Source: Scyliorhinus canicula (lineage: Eukaryota). Taken from it: a DNA stretch of 64,000 bases. The position numbers were made by a program, and so were the translations under genes. The first letter of the stretch is position 1; every line of letters begins with the position of its first letter. The DNA lies in the NCBI RefSeq assembly GCF_902713615.1, contig NC_052152.1:85759228-85823227 (forward strand). Direction: 5' to 3'. Shown one piece after another: positions 13,271 to 26,251 of this stretch. A model generated the notes under the pieces. It searched no databases, was not told where the DNA came from, and worked only from the letters and a program-made list of their open reading frames with translations.

Positions 13271-13292
13271 CTACTCTGCCTCGATATTTCAT

Positions 13293-13492
13293 GATGTGGA
13301 GATGCCGGCGTTGGACTGGGGTGAGCACAGTAAGAAGTCTTACAACACCAGGTTAAAGTCCAACAGGTTTGTTTCAAACACGAGCTTTCGGAGCACGGCT
13401 CCTTCTTCAGGTGACCTGAAGAAGGAGCCGTGCTCCGAAAGCTCGTGTTTGAAACAAACCTGTTGGACTTTAACCTGGTGTTGTAAGACTTC
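13293..13492. mobile_element. Penelope-derived palindromic insertion
   Basis: Perfect 79-bp inverted repeat (13334-13412 / 13414-13492) with flanking duplication tcgatatttcatgat. The sequence matches the 3' terminal repeat of the Penelope fragment at 50851-51322. Confidence 0.85.
13411..13447 (+). ncRNA. Minimal hammerhead-ribozyme motif (mirror copy on the minus strand, 13379-13413)
   Basis: CTGAAGA-A-GGAGC(cgt)GCTCC-GAAA-GC-TC: core boxes, stem II, palindromic AGCT stem III and a CUC cleavage triplet. Confidence 0.65.
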
Positions 13493-14060
13493 GATATTTC
13501 ATGATTTTGAACACCTCTGTAAATCTATAAACCTTCTCTTCTCGACTCCTCTTTTTCTCTCTCTCTAAACGTTCATCTTAACCTCCTCGCATTTGAACCC
13601 TATGCCTCGATTTAGAAAGTCCAAGATTCCATGTACCTTTTTAACCTACTTTGCAACCTGTTCTGCCACAAGGCTCCCTGTACCCGCACCCTTTTATTGC
13701 ATATTGCCTCTCCTCCTTCTTCCTACTGAAATGAATAACTTCACATTTTGCTGCATGATATCCCATCAGTCACATGTCCACCCATTCCTTGATCTGGGCT
13801 GCAACATTTGTATTCTCCGATCCTCTGACACCACACCCTTATCTAAGGAGGATTTGAAGATTATGGTCAGTACCACTGCAATTTACTTTCTGATCCATGG
13901 ATGCATCTCATTTGGTCCTGGTGACTTATCAATTGAAAGTGCAGCCAACCTTTCTAATACGGCCTCTTTGTAATTTTCTTTTGCCATCCAGTGTCTCAAA
14001 TACCTCCTTCACTGTGGCCTTGGTAGCATCGTTGTCCTGGTAAGTACTTGGTAAGTACTC

Positions 14061-14240
14061 AGGGGCTGGTTTAGCACAGTGGGCTAAATAGCTGGCTTGT
14101 AATACAGAACAATGCCGGCAGTGCAGGTTCAAATCCCATACCAACCTTCCCGAACAGGTGCCGGAATGTGGCGACTAGGGGCTTTTCACAGTAACTTCTT
14201 GAAGCCTACTTGTGACAATAAGTGATTATTATTATTATTA
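14061..14240 (+). mobile_element. Short tRNA-derived SINE (same family as 1462-1630)
   Basis: ggggctggtttagcacagtggg...ggttcaaatccc...ggcttttcacagtaacttc...attattatt. Confidence 0.75.
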
Positions 14241-14489
14241 TTTAGTGTTTCAGCCTTGTTCTCTGCTTCCATGCACAGATCCCATTTATGGTCCTAGCTG
14301 GCACCACTCGTGCTCTTATTACCCTTTTAGTATTTATATGCCTTTCAAAGACTTTTGCATTCCTTTTTGTTAATTACTTGTCTCTTTTCACTGCTTCATG
14401 GAAGATTTTATACTTGTGATAATGCAAATTAGCTTGGGTAGCAACCTAAACTCTTTGGAAAAATTATGCAACTTTAAGCACAGTTTATG

Positions 14490-15500
14490 TTCATAAGATC
14501 ATAAGAAATAGGAGCAAGGGTGCGCTATTCAGCCCATTGAGCCACCTCACTATTCGATAAGATCATGGTAGGTCTGGCTGAGGCCTTAACTCCACTTTCC
14601 TGCCTATCCCCCAATACCCTTAACTCCCTTGCTGATAAGAAAATCTGTCTATCTCAGCCTTGAATGACCCAGCCTCCACTGCTCTCTGTGGAATAGGACA
14701 GCTCGCTGAGAGAAGAAATTCTCCTCAACTCCTTTTCAAATGGGAAACCCCTTATTTTTAAATTGTGTCCCCTTGTTCTAGAATATCCCACGAGAGAACA
14801 TCATATCAATATCTACCCTGTCGTGCCCTCTCAGAATCTTGTATGTTTCAATAAGATCTCCTCTCATTCTTCTAGGTATGGGCCCAATTTGCTCAACTAT
14901 TTCGCATAAGACAACTCCTTTGTCCCAAGAATCAGCTTAGTAAAACTTCTCTGAACTGCTTTCAATGCAAACATATCTCTCTTTAAGTAAAGAGACCAAA
15001 AATGTATACAGTACAGTCTCACCAATTAACTTTGCAGTGTGGCAAAACCTTCCCACATTTATGTTAAATCCTATTGCAATAAAGGCCAACATTCCTTGAG
15101 CCTTCCTAATTACCTGCTGCACTTGCATTTGCTATTTTAGGTTTCCTGTACAAGGACACCCAGATACACCTGTACTGCAGCATTCTGCAGTCTCGCCTAC
15201 CCATTCTGAGCCTATCTATATCCCTTTGCAGACTCTTCGCATCCTCCTCACAACTTACTTTCCTAACCAACTTTGTATCATCTGCAAATTTGTCTACAAT
15301 GCACTTGATTCCCTCGTCCGAGTCATTAATACAATTCATAAATAGTTGTGGCCCCAGCACTGATCACTGAGGCACTCCTCTGGTAACTGTTGCCAACCTG
15401 AAAATGACCCATTAATTCCAACTCTCAGCTTCCTGATGGTTAACAAATCCTTTACCAGGGATAATATGTCATCCCCAACACCATCAACATTTATGTTGTC
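14490..15500 (-). mobile_element. CR1 LINE 3' part; continues at 25854-26090 beyond the nested insertions
   Basis: ORF LGPQLFMNCINDSDEGIKCIVDKFADDTKL and a cataagatcataaga tail. The upstream RT sequence (tggcatcttattgaatgcttttggaaatcc) resumes at 25854. Confidence 0.8.
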
Positions 15501-15509
15501 CATCAACAT

Positions 15510-15810
15510 TTAATAATGATAACAATCTTTATTCGTGTCACAAGTAGGCTTACATTAACACTGCAATGAAGTTACTGTGAAAATACCTTGGTCGCCACAC
15601 TATGGCACCTGTTCGGGTACACAGAGGGAGAATTCAGAATTCACCTAACAAGCACATGTTTTGGGACTTGTAGTAGGAAACTGGAGCACCCAGAGGAAAC
15701 CCGCACAGACACAGGAAGAACCTGCATACTTTGCACGGTCACTGGCCCAAGCCAGGAATCGAATTTGGGTCCCTTAGCAACAGTGCTAACCCTTTGCTGC
15801 TGTGCCGCCC
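15510..15810 (-). mobile_element. V-domain tRNA SINE with (TTA)-type tail
   Basis: Minus strand gggcggcacagcagc head, ggtttcctctgggtgctccagtttcct core, and tail ttcacagtaacttcattgcagtgttaatgtaagcctacttgtgac. Confidence 0.75.
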
Positions 15811-16491
15811 ATATGTGGTCTGTGGTAGCATGCCCCTTTAAGGGGTGGGTTCTCGGAGGGTAATGCTATTCCCTGCATGAGAATATGGAAACCCCTATAG
15901 GATGAGAAGATTTGGGCATTATCAAGCCTGTGCAGGTTGCAGAATAGGCAGCTCCCCTTCTGCCAATACCTAAGCCAGATAAAACTGTACAAATATGTGG
16001 TGACTATAAATTAACGGTCGATCAAATGGCAAATTTGAACACATCCTGTACCTAAAATAGAGCACATCTATGCCGTGCTAGCTGGAGGGCTAACTTACTC
16101 TAATTTAGATATGAATCATGCATACCAGCAGCTGGAGTTGGATAAGACATTCCTAGAGTTTGTCACTATCAACACACAGAAGGGTCTATACCAGTACATC
16201 AGACTGCCATTTGGAGTAGCATTGGCTTGTGCAATATTTCAATACACAATGGAGAATGTATTACAAACGTTACTCAAGGTAGATGTTTACTTGGATGATG
16301 TGCTAATCACGTGAGCCACAGAAGAGGTGGTTTTTAAAGGAGTTTTTAAAAAGGTTCCAGGAAGCTGGAGTAGAACTAAAGAGAGAGAAATGCGCCTTTA
16401 AGGTAAATTAAGTGACTTATTTAGGGTTTAGAGTAGATGCGCAAATGTACCTGACATGAGGGCAATTAAAGAAGCAGCAGCCCCAAATAAC

Positions 16492-17561
16492 GGTCGGGAT
16501 TTTCCGTTCCCCGAAGCCGATTTCAGAATCAGCAATCGGGCAGAGAACCCCTTTTTACGCCCGAATCATGGGTGGCACCTGTTTTCGGATGCTCCGCCCC
16601 CTCTGAAACGGCATCATCAGGGAGTACGCCGCACGCCATTGGGAATGCCTCAGGACGTCACTTCAAGGCCCTCCCCAATGCTCCTTCCCCGATGGGCTGA
16701 GTTCACTACAGCACGAGGCACGTGTACTCTCAGCTTTCATGAAACTGGAGTGGCGGCTGCGGGCTGTGTCCAGTGCCGCCACAGTCGGGAGGGGGGGAGC
16801 CATGCCACTGGCAGTGGGGTGGGGGGGGGGGGCTTTGGTGAGGGCTGGGGCGACTGGTGAGGGTGTCCTGGGGGTGGCGAGGGGGTTGCCATGAGGGCAT
16901 TATCTGGCACATCGGGTCTGCGCGCAGCCAGTACCGTGTTGTAAGGGAGGGAGGGTGGGATGGAGGGTGGGGCGGGGGCACCCAAAAGGCCTGTGTCACT
17001 CTGCAGAAGCTGGGGACAAGGTGGGTGGTCAGTGGGGTGCACAGATGGCTCTCTTGCTGGCCGCGATAATGGCGGTCAGGGATTGGAGACTGCCCCAGTC
17101 CCGTGGGTAGTCGCACCAGTGACTCAGCCTGTTCCCCCTTCACCCCACCCTCCCGTTCATCCCTGGCCGGGCCACACTCACCTCAGCCAGCTCGGCCTGT
17201 GTCCAGCCCCGGCAGCCCGCAATCACGCCTCATTTGTCCTAGCTCCTCTCTCCCTCTGTCATCAGCCATGACACTGGTTTCACGATTTTTAGAAGCACAA
17301 GTGAACCGCGCCATCGGGAACTCAGCCCTTCGGTTGAGGAGAATTGTGGAGGCCTCAGAGAATACAGGGTCGAGCCCGTTAATGATATACAAAAAGTATT
17401 TACTGTACGTGCCTTCCGGACTGCATTGACGCTGCTGTCAAGGTGATGGAGAACAGCAGTTTGGCGTCAAATCGGCGCCCAATGCAATTTTGGCGTCAGT
17501 ACCTATTCTCCGCCCAATCGCGTTTCCCGATTTTGGCGTCAGCCACCGGAGAATCCCGCCC
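16492..17561. mobile_element. Harbinger-type MITE inserted in Gypsy pol
   Basis: Ends GGTCGGGATTT / GAGAATCCCGCCC with mirrored subterminal sequence. The 3-bp TSD is imperfect (aac/aaa). Confidence 0.8.
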
Positions 17562-17676
17562 AAATTATTTTCTTTGAATGGTAAATTATAATGGAAAGTT
17601 TATTCCAAATTTGTCCACGATATTAGCACCTCTACATGGATTGATATGGTATCGGAAGACACAGCAAAATGAAGCA

Positions 17677-18977
17677 AGAAGAAGGAACTGAGGGCACTGT
17701 TGCTAAGTTTGCAGATGATAGAAAGATCTGTCGGGGGCAGGTAGTATTGAGGAAGCAGGGAGGCTGCAGGAGGACTTGGACAGGCTAAGAGAGTGGGCAA
17801 AGAAGTGGCAGATGGTATACAATGTGGAAAAGTGTGTGGTTATGCACTTTGGTGGGAAAAATTGAGGCATAGACAATTTTCTAAATGAGAAAAGGCTGAG
17901 GAAATCAGAAGCACAAAGGGACTTAAGAGTGCTCGTTCAAGATTCTTTTAAGATTAATATTCAGGTTCAATCGGCAGTTAGGAAGGCAAATGCAATATTA
18001 GAATTCATGAAGAGAGTCGAGTTTCCTGGGGATGGAAAAAATTAAGTTCGCCTTGAGGGGATCTGTGCAGGGGTTCACCCGAAGGTGGCAACCATTTATT
18101 GACTTCTTTGCGGGAGAGTGAGTGTCAGCAGGGGGGTGGGGGGAGGGGGGTGGTGGGTAGAGTAGAGTAGGAGGGAAAATATGGCGGGTAGTACGGGTGG
18201 GAGGGGAGCGGGCTTGTGCAATATGTTACGATGGAAGTATTGAAAGTACGTGGATGTTTGCACATTTTTGCCTTTTTTGCTTCCTTTCTGATGATGTCTG
18301 TCACTGTTTATAAAGCCAAAAACTACCTCAATAAAATTGTTTATTAAAAAAAAAGAATTCATGAAGAGAGGGCAGGAACTCAAGAGCAGTGATGTACTTC
18401 TGAGGCTGTATAAGGCTCTGGTCAGATCCCATTTGGAGTATTGTGAGCAGTTTTGGGCTCTGTATCTAAGGAAGGATGTGCTGGCCTGGAAAAGGGTCCA
18501 GAGGAAGTTCACAAGAATGATCCCTGGAATGAAAAACTTGTCATATGAGGAGAGGTTGAGGATTCTTCTTCTGTACGCATTGGAATTTAGAAGGATGAGA
18601 GGGGAATCTTATTGAAACTTACAGGATACTGAGAGGCCTGGATAGAGTGGACATAGAGAGGATGTTTCCACCAGTAGGAAGAACTAGCACCTGAGGTCAC
18701 AGACTCAGTCTGAAGGGACGATCCTTTAGAACTGAGATGAGCATGAATTTCTTCAGCAAGAAGGTGGTAAATCTGTGGAACTCTTTACTGCAGAAGGTTG
18801 TGAAGACCAAATCACTGAGTGCCTTTAAGACCGAAATAGATAGGTTCTTGACTAATAAAGGGATCAGGGTAATGGGGAGAAGGCAGGAGAAAGAGGATTA
18901 TAAACATATCAGCCATGATTGAATGGATGAGCAGACTTGATGGGCAGAATGGCCTAATTCTGCTCCGATGTCTTATA
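17677..18977 (+). mobile_element. 5'-truncated CR1 LINE inserted in Gypsy pol
   Basis: AKFADD, LYKALVRSHLEYCEQFW, NFFSKKVVNLWNSL, and 3' UTR gaatggcctaattctgctcc. Confidence 0.9.
18017..18354 (+). mobile_element. 5'-truncated L1-type LINE 3' end with poly(A), inserted in the CR1
   Basis: TSD gaattcatgaagagag (18001-18016 and 18355-18370), AATAAA plus an A-tail, ORF2-end remnant RRWQPFIDFF, and a TT/AGAA-like target. Confidence 0.8.
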
Positions 18978-19988
18978 GACAAGTGAAGCATGTCCTGCAG
19001 TCATTCTTCCTTTTAATCTATTTTGACCCTTCCAAAGAAATAATTCTCACATGTGATGCATCTCCTTATGGGATTGGAGCCATCATGTCACATAAAATGA
19101 AGAACAGGCAAGAAAGGCCCATCGGCTATTCTTCAAGGGCCCTAACTAATGCAGAAAAGGCACACCCAAAGATTGAGAAAGAGTGGTTCGGCGTCATCTT
19201 CGGAATAAAGAAATTCCACCAATATGTTTCCAGACGGCATTACAATGCATTTGCTGATCATAAACCCCTGCTTGGGTTATTTACAGAAGATAAAGCCATC
19301 CCTCCAATAGTGCAGGCGAGGATACAGCATTGGGCTTGTTGATGGCTGCTTATGAATATACTTTCCAGCACCGACCAGGGACACAAATATCAAACGCAAA
19401 TGCCTTGAACTGTCTATCACTAGTATGCCGCCCCTGCCAGTGCCACAATAAATTGTCCTTGCCTTGAATTTCCTCGACACACCGTCTCCTGTTGTAGCAA
19501 CAGGTCAAATACTGGACTCAGAAGGATCAAATTTAGTCCAGAGTTAAGCACAGTTCTTCATGGCTGGCATTGCCAAGGAATGTCTAAACAGCGAAATACC
19601 TTTCAAATAAGGAAGGACAAATCTGCGAAGACAGCGTCCTCCTGTGGGGAGCAAAGGTGGTCACCCCACACCCAGCAACAGGTTGTTACTGGAGGAATTA
19701 AACAGCACCCACTCAGGGGTGCCCAAAATGAAAATGTTAGCTCGCAGCTTGGTTGGACACAGCCATAGAAAGTATGGTTAAACACTGCGACCAATGCCAG
19801 GTTCAATAAAAGCTACCGCCAGCAGCCCTGATGCACCCTTGGCAGTGGCCCATGTAGACTGTGGGTGTGACTCCACGTTGATTTTGTAAGCCCATTCATG
19901 GACACTGTGTGCAAATATTAAAACCAAGTTTTGAAAATGTAGCTATGGGAAAGTATACTGTGGGAAACATCAGCTTTACAGATTCCAG

Positions 19989-20609
19989 GGGCGGGATTCT
20001 CTGAAAATGGGGCTATGTTCCCACGTCCACGAGAAAACGGGCGCAAATCACACTGGACTTCTTTCGAGAAAGTCAAGAGTGATTCTCCATTTTGAAGGGG
20101 GCTAGCAGGGCCCCAGAGTAGTCCACGCAGCTCTGGCTGCTGATATGGGGCCCTGCATTTCCGTCCGCGGCTCCGCGCAACATGGCGGATCCACACAGCA
20201 AGCCGGCCTTAACAATATATGCCCCCGCCCCACAGATCGCGCATGCCCCCCGATCAGTGGCCCCCGATCGTAACACTGGCCATCCTGGCGGCCCCTCCCG
20301 GTGATGGACCCCCCCCCGCCGCCACTGGGGCGGTCACGGACTGTATCCGCGGCTGCCACTCCGAGTGCCCGCTGGGTGGAACCATGTTAGAACCACGCCG
20401 GTGGGAACTTGGCCAGCTGCCAGCGGAGAATCGCCCCAGGTGCCTCTTCCAATGGCCCCGACCGGTGCCGCGCCGACCGCGCGCGCACGACTGGCGGCGA
20501 TTCTCCGGTCCGCGGAGAATCACGGGAAGGCGTCGGACCAGATCGCGGGTCTGTCGCCCCATTCCCAGCCCCAGCGCCGAGCGCGATTTCGCCTAAGGCA
20601 ATCCCGCCC
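19989..20609. mobile_element. Harbinger-type MITE
   Basis: TIRs GGGCGGGATT / AATCCCGCCC with TSD CAG (19986-19988, 20610-20612). Confidence 0.85.
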
Positions 20610-20859
20610 CAGACTGCAAAGGTGACAATGTAACAAAGTGAGCACAGCCAGTAAGTAAGATGCCAGTACGACTGCTGGTATAAGCACCATTCAGAAGTCA
20701 CAGTTCAAAACCTGTAAGCCAATTAGGGGCAGGGAGAGGTGGTGGTACCAGAAAGTGCAGGTAAAAAGCTCTTGGTGCTCTCTTCTTTGCTCTCCTCCCA
20801 TTGTTCTCTTCCTTGTGCCCTGCTGGACTTTTTGATTTGATTTTGATTTTTATTTTTTA

Positions 20860-21204
20860 CATAGAATTTACAGTGCAGAAGGAGGCCATTTGGCCCATCG
20901 AGTCTGCACCGGCTCCTGGAAAGAGCACCCTACCCAAGGTTAACACCTCCACCCTATCCCCATAACCCAGTAACCCCACCCAACACTAAGGGTAATTTTG
21001 GACACTAAGGGCAATTTATCATGGCCAATCCACCTAACCTGCACATCTTTGGACTGTGGGAGGAAACCGGAGCACCCGGAGGAAACCCATGCACACACGG
21101 GGAGGATGTGCAGACTCCGCACAGACAGTGACCCAAGCCGGAATCGAACCTGGGACCCTGGAGCTGTGAAGCGATTGTGCTATCCACAATGCTACCGTGC
21201 TGCC
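20860..21204 (-). mobile_element. HE1-type SINE inserted at the Rex1 3' tail
   Basis: The reverse complement is near-identical to 7507-7853. Confidence 0.9.
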
Positions 21205-22619
21205 TATTATTATCACATGTATTGATATACAGTGAAAAGTATTGTTTCTTGCATGCTGTACAAATAATGCATACCGTACATAGGGAAGGAAGTTGAAACT
21301 GCAGAATATAATGTTACAGTTATAGCTAGGTGTAGAGAAAAGATCAACTTAATACGAGGTAGGTCCATTCAAAAGTCTGATGGCAGTAGGGAAGAAGCTG
21401 TTGTTGAGTTGGTTGGTACTTGACCTTAAACTTTGGTATTGTTTCCTGATGGAAGAAGGTGGAAGAGAGTATGTCCGGGGTGCGTGGGGTCCTTAATTAC
21501 GCTGGCTGCCTTTCCGAGGCAGTGGGAATTATAGACAGAGTCAATGGATGGGAGGATGGTTTGCATGATGGATTGGGCTACATTCATGACCTTTTGTAAT
21601 TTCCTGCAGTCTTGGGCAGAGCAGGATCCATACCAGTCTGTGATACAACCAGAAAGAATGCTTTCTATGGCGCATCTGTAGAAGTTGGTGAGTGTCGTAG
21701 GTGACATGCCAAATTTCCTTAGCCTTCTGAGAAAGTAGAATCGTTGGTGGGCTTTCTTAACTATAGTGTCGGCATGGGGGACCAGGACAGATTGTTGGTA
21801 ATCTGGACACCTAAAAACCTGAAGCTCTCGACCCTTTCTACTTTGTTCCCATTGATGTAGACAGCGGCGTGTTCTCCACTACGCTTCCTGAAGTCGATGA
21901 CAATCTCCCTCGTTTTGTTGACATTGAGGGAGAGATTATTGTCGTCGCACCAATTCACCAGATTCTCTATCTCATTCCTATACTCTGTCTCGTCATTGTT
22001 TGAAATCTGACCCACTATTGTGGTGTCATCAGCAAATTTGAAAATCGAGTTGGAGGCAAATTTGACCACACAGTTATAGGTGTACAAAGAATATAGTAGG
22101 GGGCTGAGGACACAGCCTTGTGGGGTACCGGTGTTGAGGATGATTGTGGAGGAGGTGTTGTTGTCTATCCTTACTGATTGTGGCCTGTGGGTTCGAAAGT
22201 TCAGGATCCAGTCGCAGAGGGAGGAGCCGAGGCCAAGGCCACAGAGTTTGGAGATGAGTTTTGTAGGAATGATGGTGTTGAAGGCTGAGCTGTAGTCGAT
22301 AAATAGGAGTCTGATTAGGTGTCTTTGTTATCTAGGTGTTCCAGGGTAGAGTGCAGGGCTATGGAGGTGGCGTCTGCTGTGCACCTGTTGCAGAGGTTGG
22401 CAAACTGTAGTGGATCAAGGCAATCCGGGGGGCTGGAGTTGATTTGTGCCATGACTAACCTTTCGAAACACTTCATGATGATGGATGTCAGGGCCACTGG
22501 ACGATGGTCATTAAGGCACGCTGCTTGGCTTTTGTTTGGTACAGGAATGATGGTCGTCTTCTTGAAGCAGATAGGGATCTCAGATTGTTGTAACGAGAGG
22601 TTGAGGATGTCTGAGAATA

Positions 22620-22672
22620 CCCCCCCCCCTCCCCCCCCCCCCTCTCCCCCCCCCCCCCCCCCCCCCCCCCCC
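22620..22672. repeat. Poly-C tract (~50 nt) inside the Rex1 RT coding region
   Basis: Near-pure C run interrupting DQL.GVFSDI. Confidence 0.9.
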
Positions 22673-25600
22673 AGCTGATCCGCACAAGACCTGAATGCCC
22701 GTCCGGTACCCCATCCGGGCCAGTGGCTTTCTGTGGGTTGACCTTCGAGAAGGCTGCTCTGACATCTGCAATGGTGATCTCAGATACAAGTTCATCCGAG
22801 GCTTCTGGGGTGGAGGGCTTGCTCTCGCTGACCTCTTGCTCAAAGCGTGCATAGAATGCGTTGAGCTCATCAGAGAGGGGTGCATTGGAGCCAACAATTT
22901 TACATGCCTTCATCTTGCAGCCCGTTATGTCTTGCAGACCTTACCATATTCGGCGGGGGTCCGTGTGGCTAGCCTGGGACTCGAGCTTGGTCCGATACTG
23001 TCTTTTGGCATCTTTGATGGATCTCCTTAGATCATATTTGGCTTTCTTGTAGAGATCAGGGTCGCCTGACTTGAATGCCTCAGACCTAGACTTCAGCAAG
23101 CAGTGGATATCCCTGTTCATCCAGGGTTTCCGGTTGGGAAAAACGCGGATTTGTTTCTTTGGCACACAGTCTTCTGCACACTTACTAATAAAGTCAGTTA
23201 TTGTAGTGGCGTACTCGTTCAGGCTGGTTGCAGAGTATTTAAATACTGACCAGTTCACTGACTCTAAGCAGTCCTGTAGGAGATCATCCGATTCTTCAGA
23301 CCAACAATGCACAACTTTCTTTTGATGGATTCTCCCGCTTCAGTTTTTGCTTATAGGCCTGGAGCACAGCTTTGTGGTCAGATTTGCCAAAGTGTGGACG
23401 GGCGATAGAGCGGTAGGCATGTTTGATATTTGTGTAGCAGTGGTCCAGGATGTTTGGGCCTCTGGTGAAACAGGTGACGTGTTGGTGGTAACTTGGTAGT
23501 ATGCTCTTGAGCTTGGCCTGATTGAAGTCCCCAGCTACAATGAACAAGGCCTCGGGATGTTTTGTTTCAAGGTTATTTGTGGTGGTGAATATTTCGTCCA
23601 GTGCGATTTTCATGTTCGCATGGGGTGAGATGTAATCTGCCGTCAGGCTAATGGAGCTGAACTCCCGCGGAAGGTAGTTGCGGCGGCATTTTAGCGTCAG
23701 GTATTCTAGGTCTGGCCAGCAGAAACTCGTCTGTGTTGCTACTTCTAGGCACCAGGATGTGTTGATTATGAGGCAGACCCCCACCTCCCCTAGCCTTGCC
23801 TGAGGCCGCCGTATGGTCCATTTGGTGGATTGAGAAGCCCTCTGGTTGTAGGGCACAGTCCGGTGAAGCAGGAGTGAGCCATGTCTCCGTGAAAGAGAGC
23901 ACACAGTAGTCCCTCAGTTCTCTTTGAAAAGTGAGTCTGGCTCTAAGTTCGTCTAGTTTGTTTTCTAGAGATTGGACATTAGGAATAAGCTAGGCAGAGG
24001 GGCTTTGGGGCCGCGTTGTTTCACTCTCACCTGCAGGCCTGCACGTTTTCCATGCTTTCTGGAGCGACAGCTTTTTTTTGAGCCAAGGAGATGATGAGAG
24101 TATGCAGTGTTAAGGGTATAGTTGTGTCCAATGAGGTTATTCACTCTGGTCGGTGTGTGGATGGAGGATTTGTTGCCTTGCTTGCGGTTCCTGCCTCGGA
24201 AAATGGGTCTGCACGGTCGAGCGTTCCGAGTCGCTGTCAGGCTGCGGTTTGTCTTCACAGGCCGGTGGATGTGCAGACCACGCTCCGGCGTGGATGGGGT
24301 GAAGGCCGGTAAGTGGATGGTGTCTCTGGGATCGCAGTTGTGGATGAGGTGATGGCCGGGTCCGTGTGTTGGGGTCCGCAGGGTCCTTTCCAGATCGCGG
24401 TCTTCCTTCAGAGGACGGAGGATCTCTAGACCTGCAAGTAAATTTAAAAGAGCAGTATTAGTGATAGTTAGGTTGTGGGAGTTGATTTTTAGGAGCGTGG
24501 GCGATTTAGAGGGGGGGGGGGGGGGGAGTGGAGGGAGAGCTTGGGGTCTGCAATGGGTTTCTTTTATTTCTTTTGTTTGTATTTGTAAGTATACTAACCA
24601 AGTTTTGCAATAAACTCAATCACAAACGGACTGCGTCTCTTATTAGATAATAAGAGAATCCTACATGCACCATGTTCCTACTTATTGTAGATGCACATTC
24701 AAAATGGCTAGACATCTATGAAATGATGTCCACAATATCTTTGGCAACAGTGGAAAAGTTGAGGCAAACCTTTGGCATCCTTGATTTGCCGAAGGTGTTG
24801 TTTTCAGACAATAGGACAGCATTTAACAACAAGAGGTTCCTTCATTTCATGTCATCAAATAGCATTTAGCATTTGCGTACCAGACCGTATCATCCCTCCT
24901 CGAATGGGTTGGTGGAGAGGGCTGTGCAAGTTTTTAAAGCAGCCATAAAATAGCAACCAACAGCATCGCTGCTGACCAAATCAGCATGTTCCCTTATTAT
25001 ATATAGAATGCCACCCCAGAACACCACCAGAGTAACTCCTGTCGAGTTGCTAATGGTTAGACGTATTCAGACCAGGTTGAACCTGGTGTTTACAAATTTG
25101 GTGGGTGGATGTGCAAAAGAAACATCAAAATTCAACAAAAACTGAGAGAACATTTGAGGTGGACAACTTGGTATATGTAAAGATTTTTGGTGCTGGTCCA
25201 AATTGGATGCCTGGAACAGTCATGGGCAGAACAGGCCCGGTGTCATACAAAATAGAATGTCTAAGGAAAAAGGGTGAAGAAACACCATTTGATAAGAAGT
25301 GAATCACAAACCTGTGGGACAGTCCGCCCCTCGAATGCCTGTCAGCGATACTGCTGTGGATGAAAATAATGCTGCAGCAAGCGACCAAGGAGGGCCCAGT
25401 AATGTTCCAAGGGGAACTGAGGAATTATCTGCACTGACCCACCTTTGCATGTTGGGAGTCAACCCATTGAGGTTCAATTGAATTTACCTCCACTGCTGGA
25501 GCATCCACTAGTGAATTACGATGTTCCCAAAAGATCAGGAAGTCCCCCGGACCAACTTAACTTATAAAGGACTGTGTTGAGATCCATTTGTTGTATAATA

Positions 25601-26130
25601 TTGTAAATAGTTCCATTGTTTTTGAAATGTGTCAATCAGGAACTTAAAGGGAGGGAGGCCCCTTTAAGGGGCGGGTTCTCAGAAGGTCATGTGACCTGTT
25701 TGGCCAATTGGGGCTGAGCATGGGTTTTCGTAGCCAGCCTAGAAACTGGAGTTGAAGTAATTGGGATCATTATTATCATTCTCTGTACTTCGCTAAAGAA
25801 TTAGTTATTTAGCTACTCTGCTTGGTGGTCACCATTCTTTCCAAGATATCACATGGCATCTTATTGAATGCTTTTGGAAATCCAAATACACCACAACTGG
25901 TTTATCCATCCTGTGTGTTACTTCCTTAAAAAACTCTGCTAATTTAGTCAAACATGATCTCCCTTTCACAAAGCCATGTTGACTCTGCCTGATTTGTTAT
26001 GATTTTCTGAATGTCCGGCTACTATCTCCTCAATAATGGATTCTAGTGTTTTCCCAATGTTTCACTGACCTATTGATTCCTGTCTCCTTCCTTCCTTGAG
26101 TTTCCAAATTGTGGACAAAGAAGAAACTTT

Positions 26131-26251
26131 GGGCTGGCACTCACACCGGCAAATTTCCCAATGGCATGGGGGTGCAGGATGGAGGATCCCGTGGCCGGCC
26201 GAGACGTACCGCACCAGAAAATGGGTGCAGTGGGATAGAGAATCCTATCCC
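26131..26251. mobile_element. Small decayed MITE of the same TIR type
   Basis: gggctggcactc ... gagaatcctatccc ends. Confidence 0.4.

Larger units (their letters stand above)
20830..24500 (-). mobile_element. Near full-length Rex1/Babar-like LINE with APE endonuclease and RT, disrupted
   Basis: FTETWL, IVAGDFNQA, LDHCYTN, GKSDH (APE); [51 protein letters not shown] (RT); (AAATC)n tail at ~20830-20850. The 5' boundary is approximate. Confidence 0.9.
19906..24665 (+). mobile_element. Solo LTR of a second family inserted in the Gypsy integrase, itself interrupted
   Basis: TG at 19906 and CA at 24665. It splits integrase PFM..|MFLLIVDAHSKW. Degenerate 5-bp TSD gacac/tgcac, TATAAG at ~20679 and AATAAA at ~24609. 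Confidence 0.6.
15821..25853 (+). mobile_element. Old, fragmented Gypsy element hosting nested insertions
   Basis: LTR start tgtggtagcatgcccctttaagggg, matched at ~25659 and ending atatcaca at 25853. RT 16075-16314 (YLDDVLIT), RNase H 18968-19342 (TCDASPYGIGA...DHKPLLGLF), integrase pieces at ~19600-19905 and 24671-25300 (MFLLIVDAHSKW, SDN.TAF). Clearly related to 54869-59661. Confidence 0.85.

Noticed and set aside
1462-14240. tRNA genes at the SINE heads (1462, 7507, 14061)
   Set aside because: A/B-box-like heads continue into SINE cores and tails, and no complete cloverleaf is supportable.
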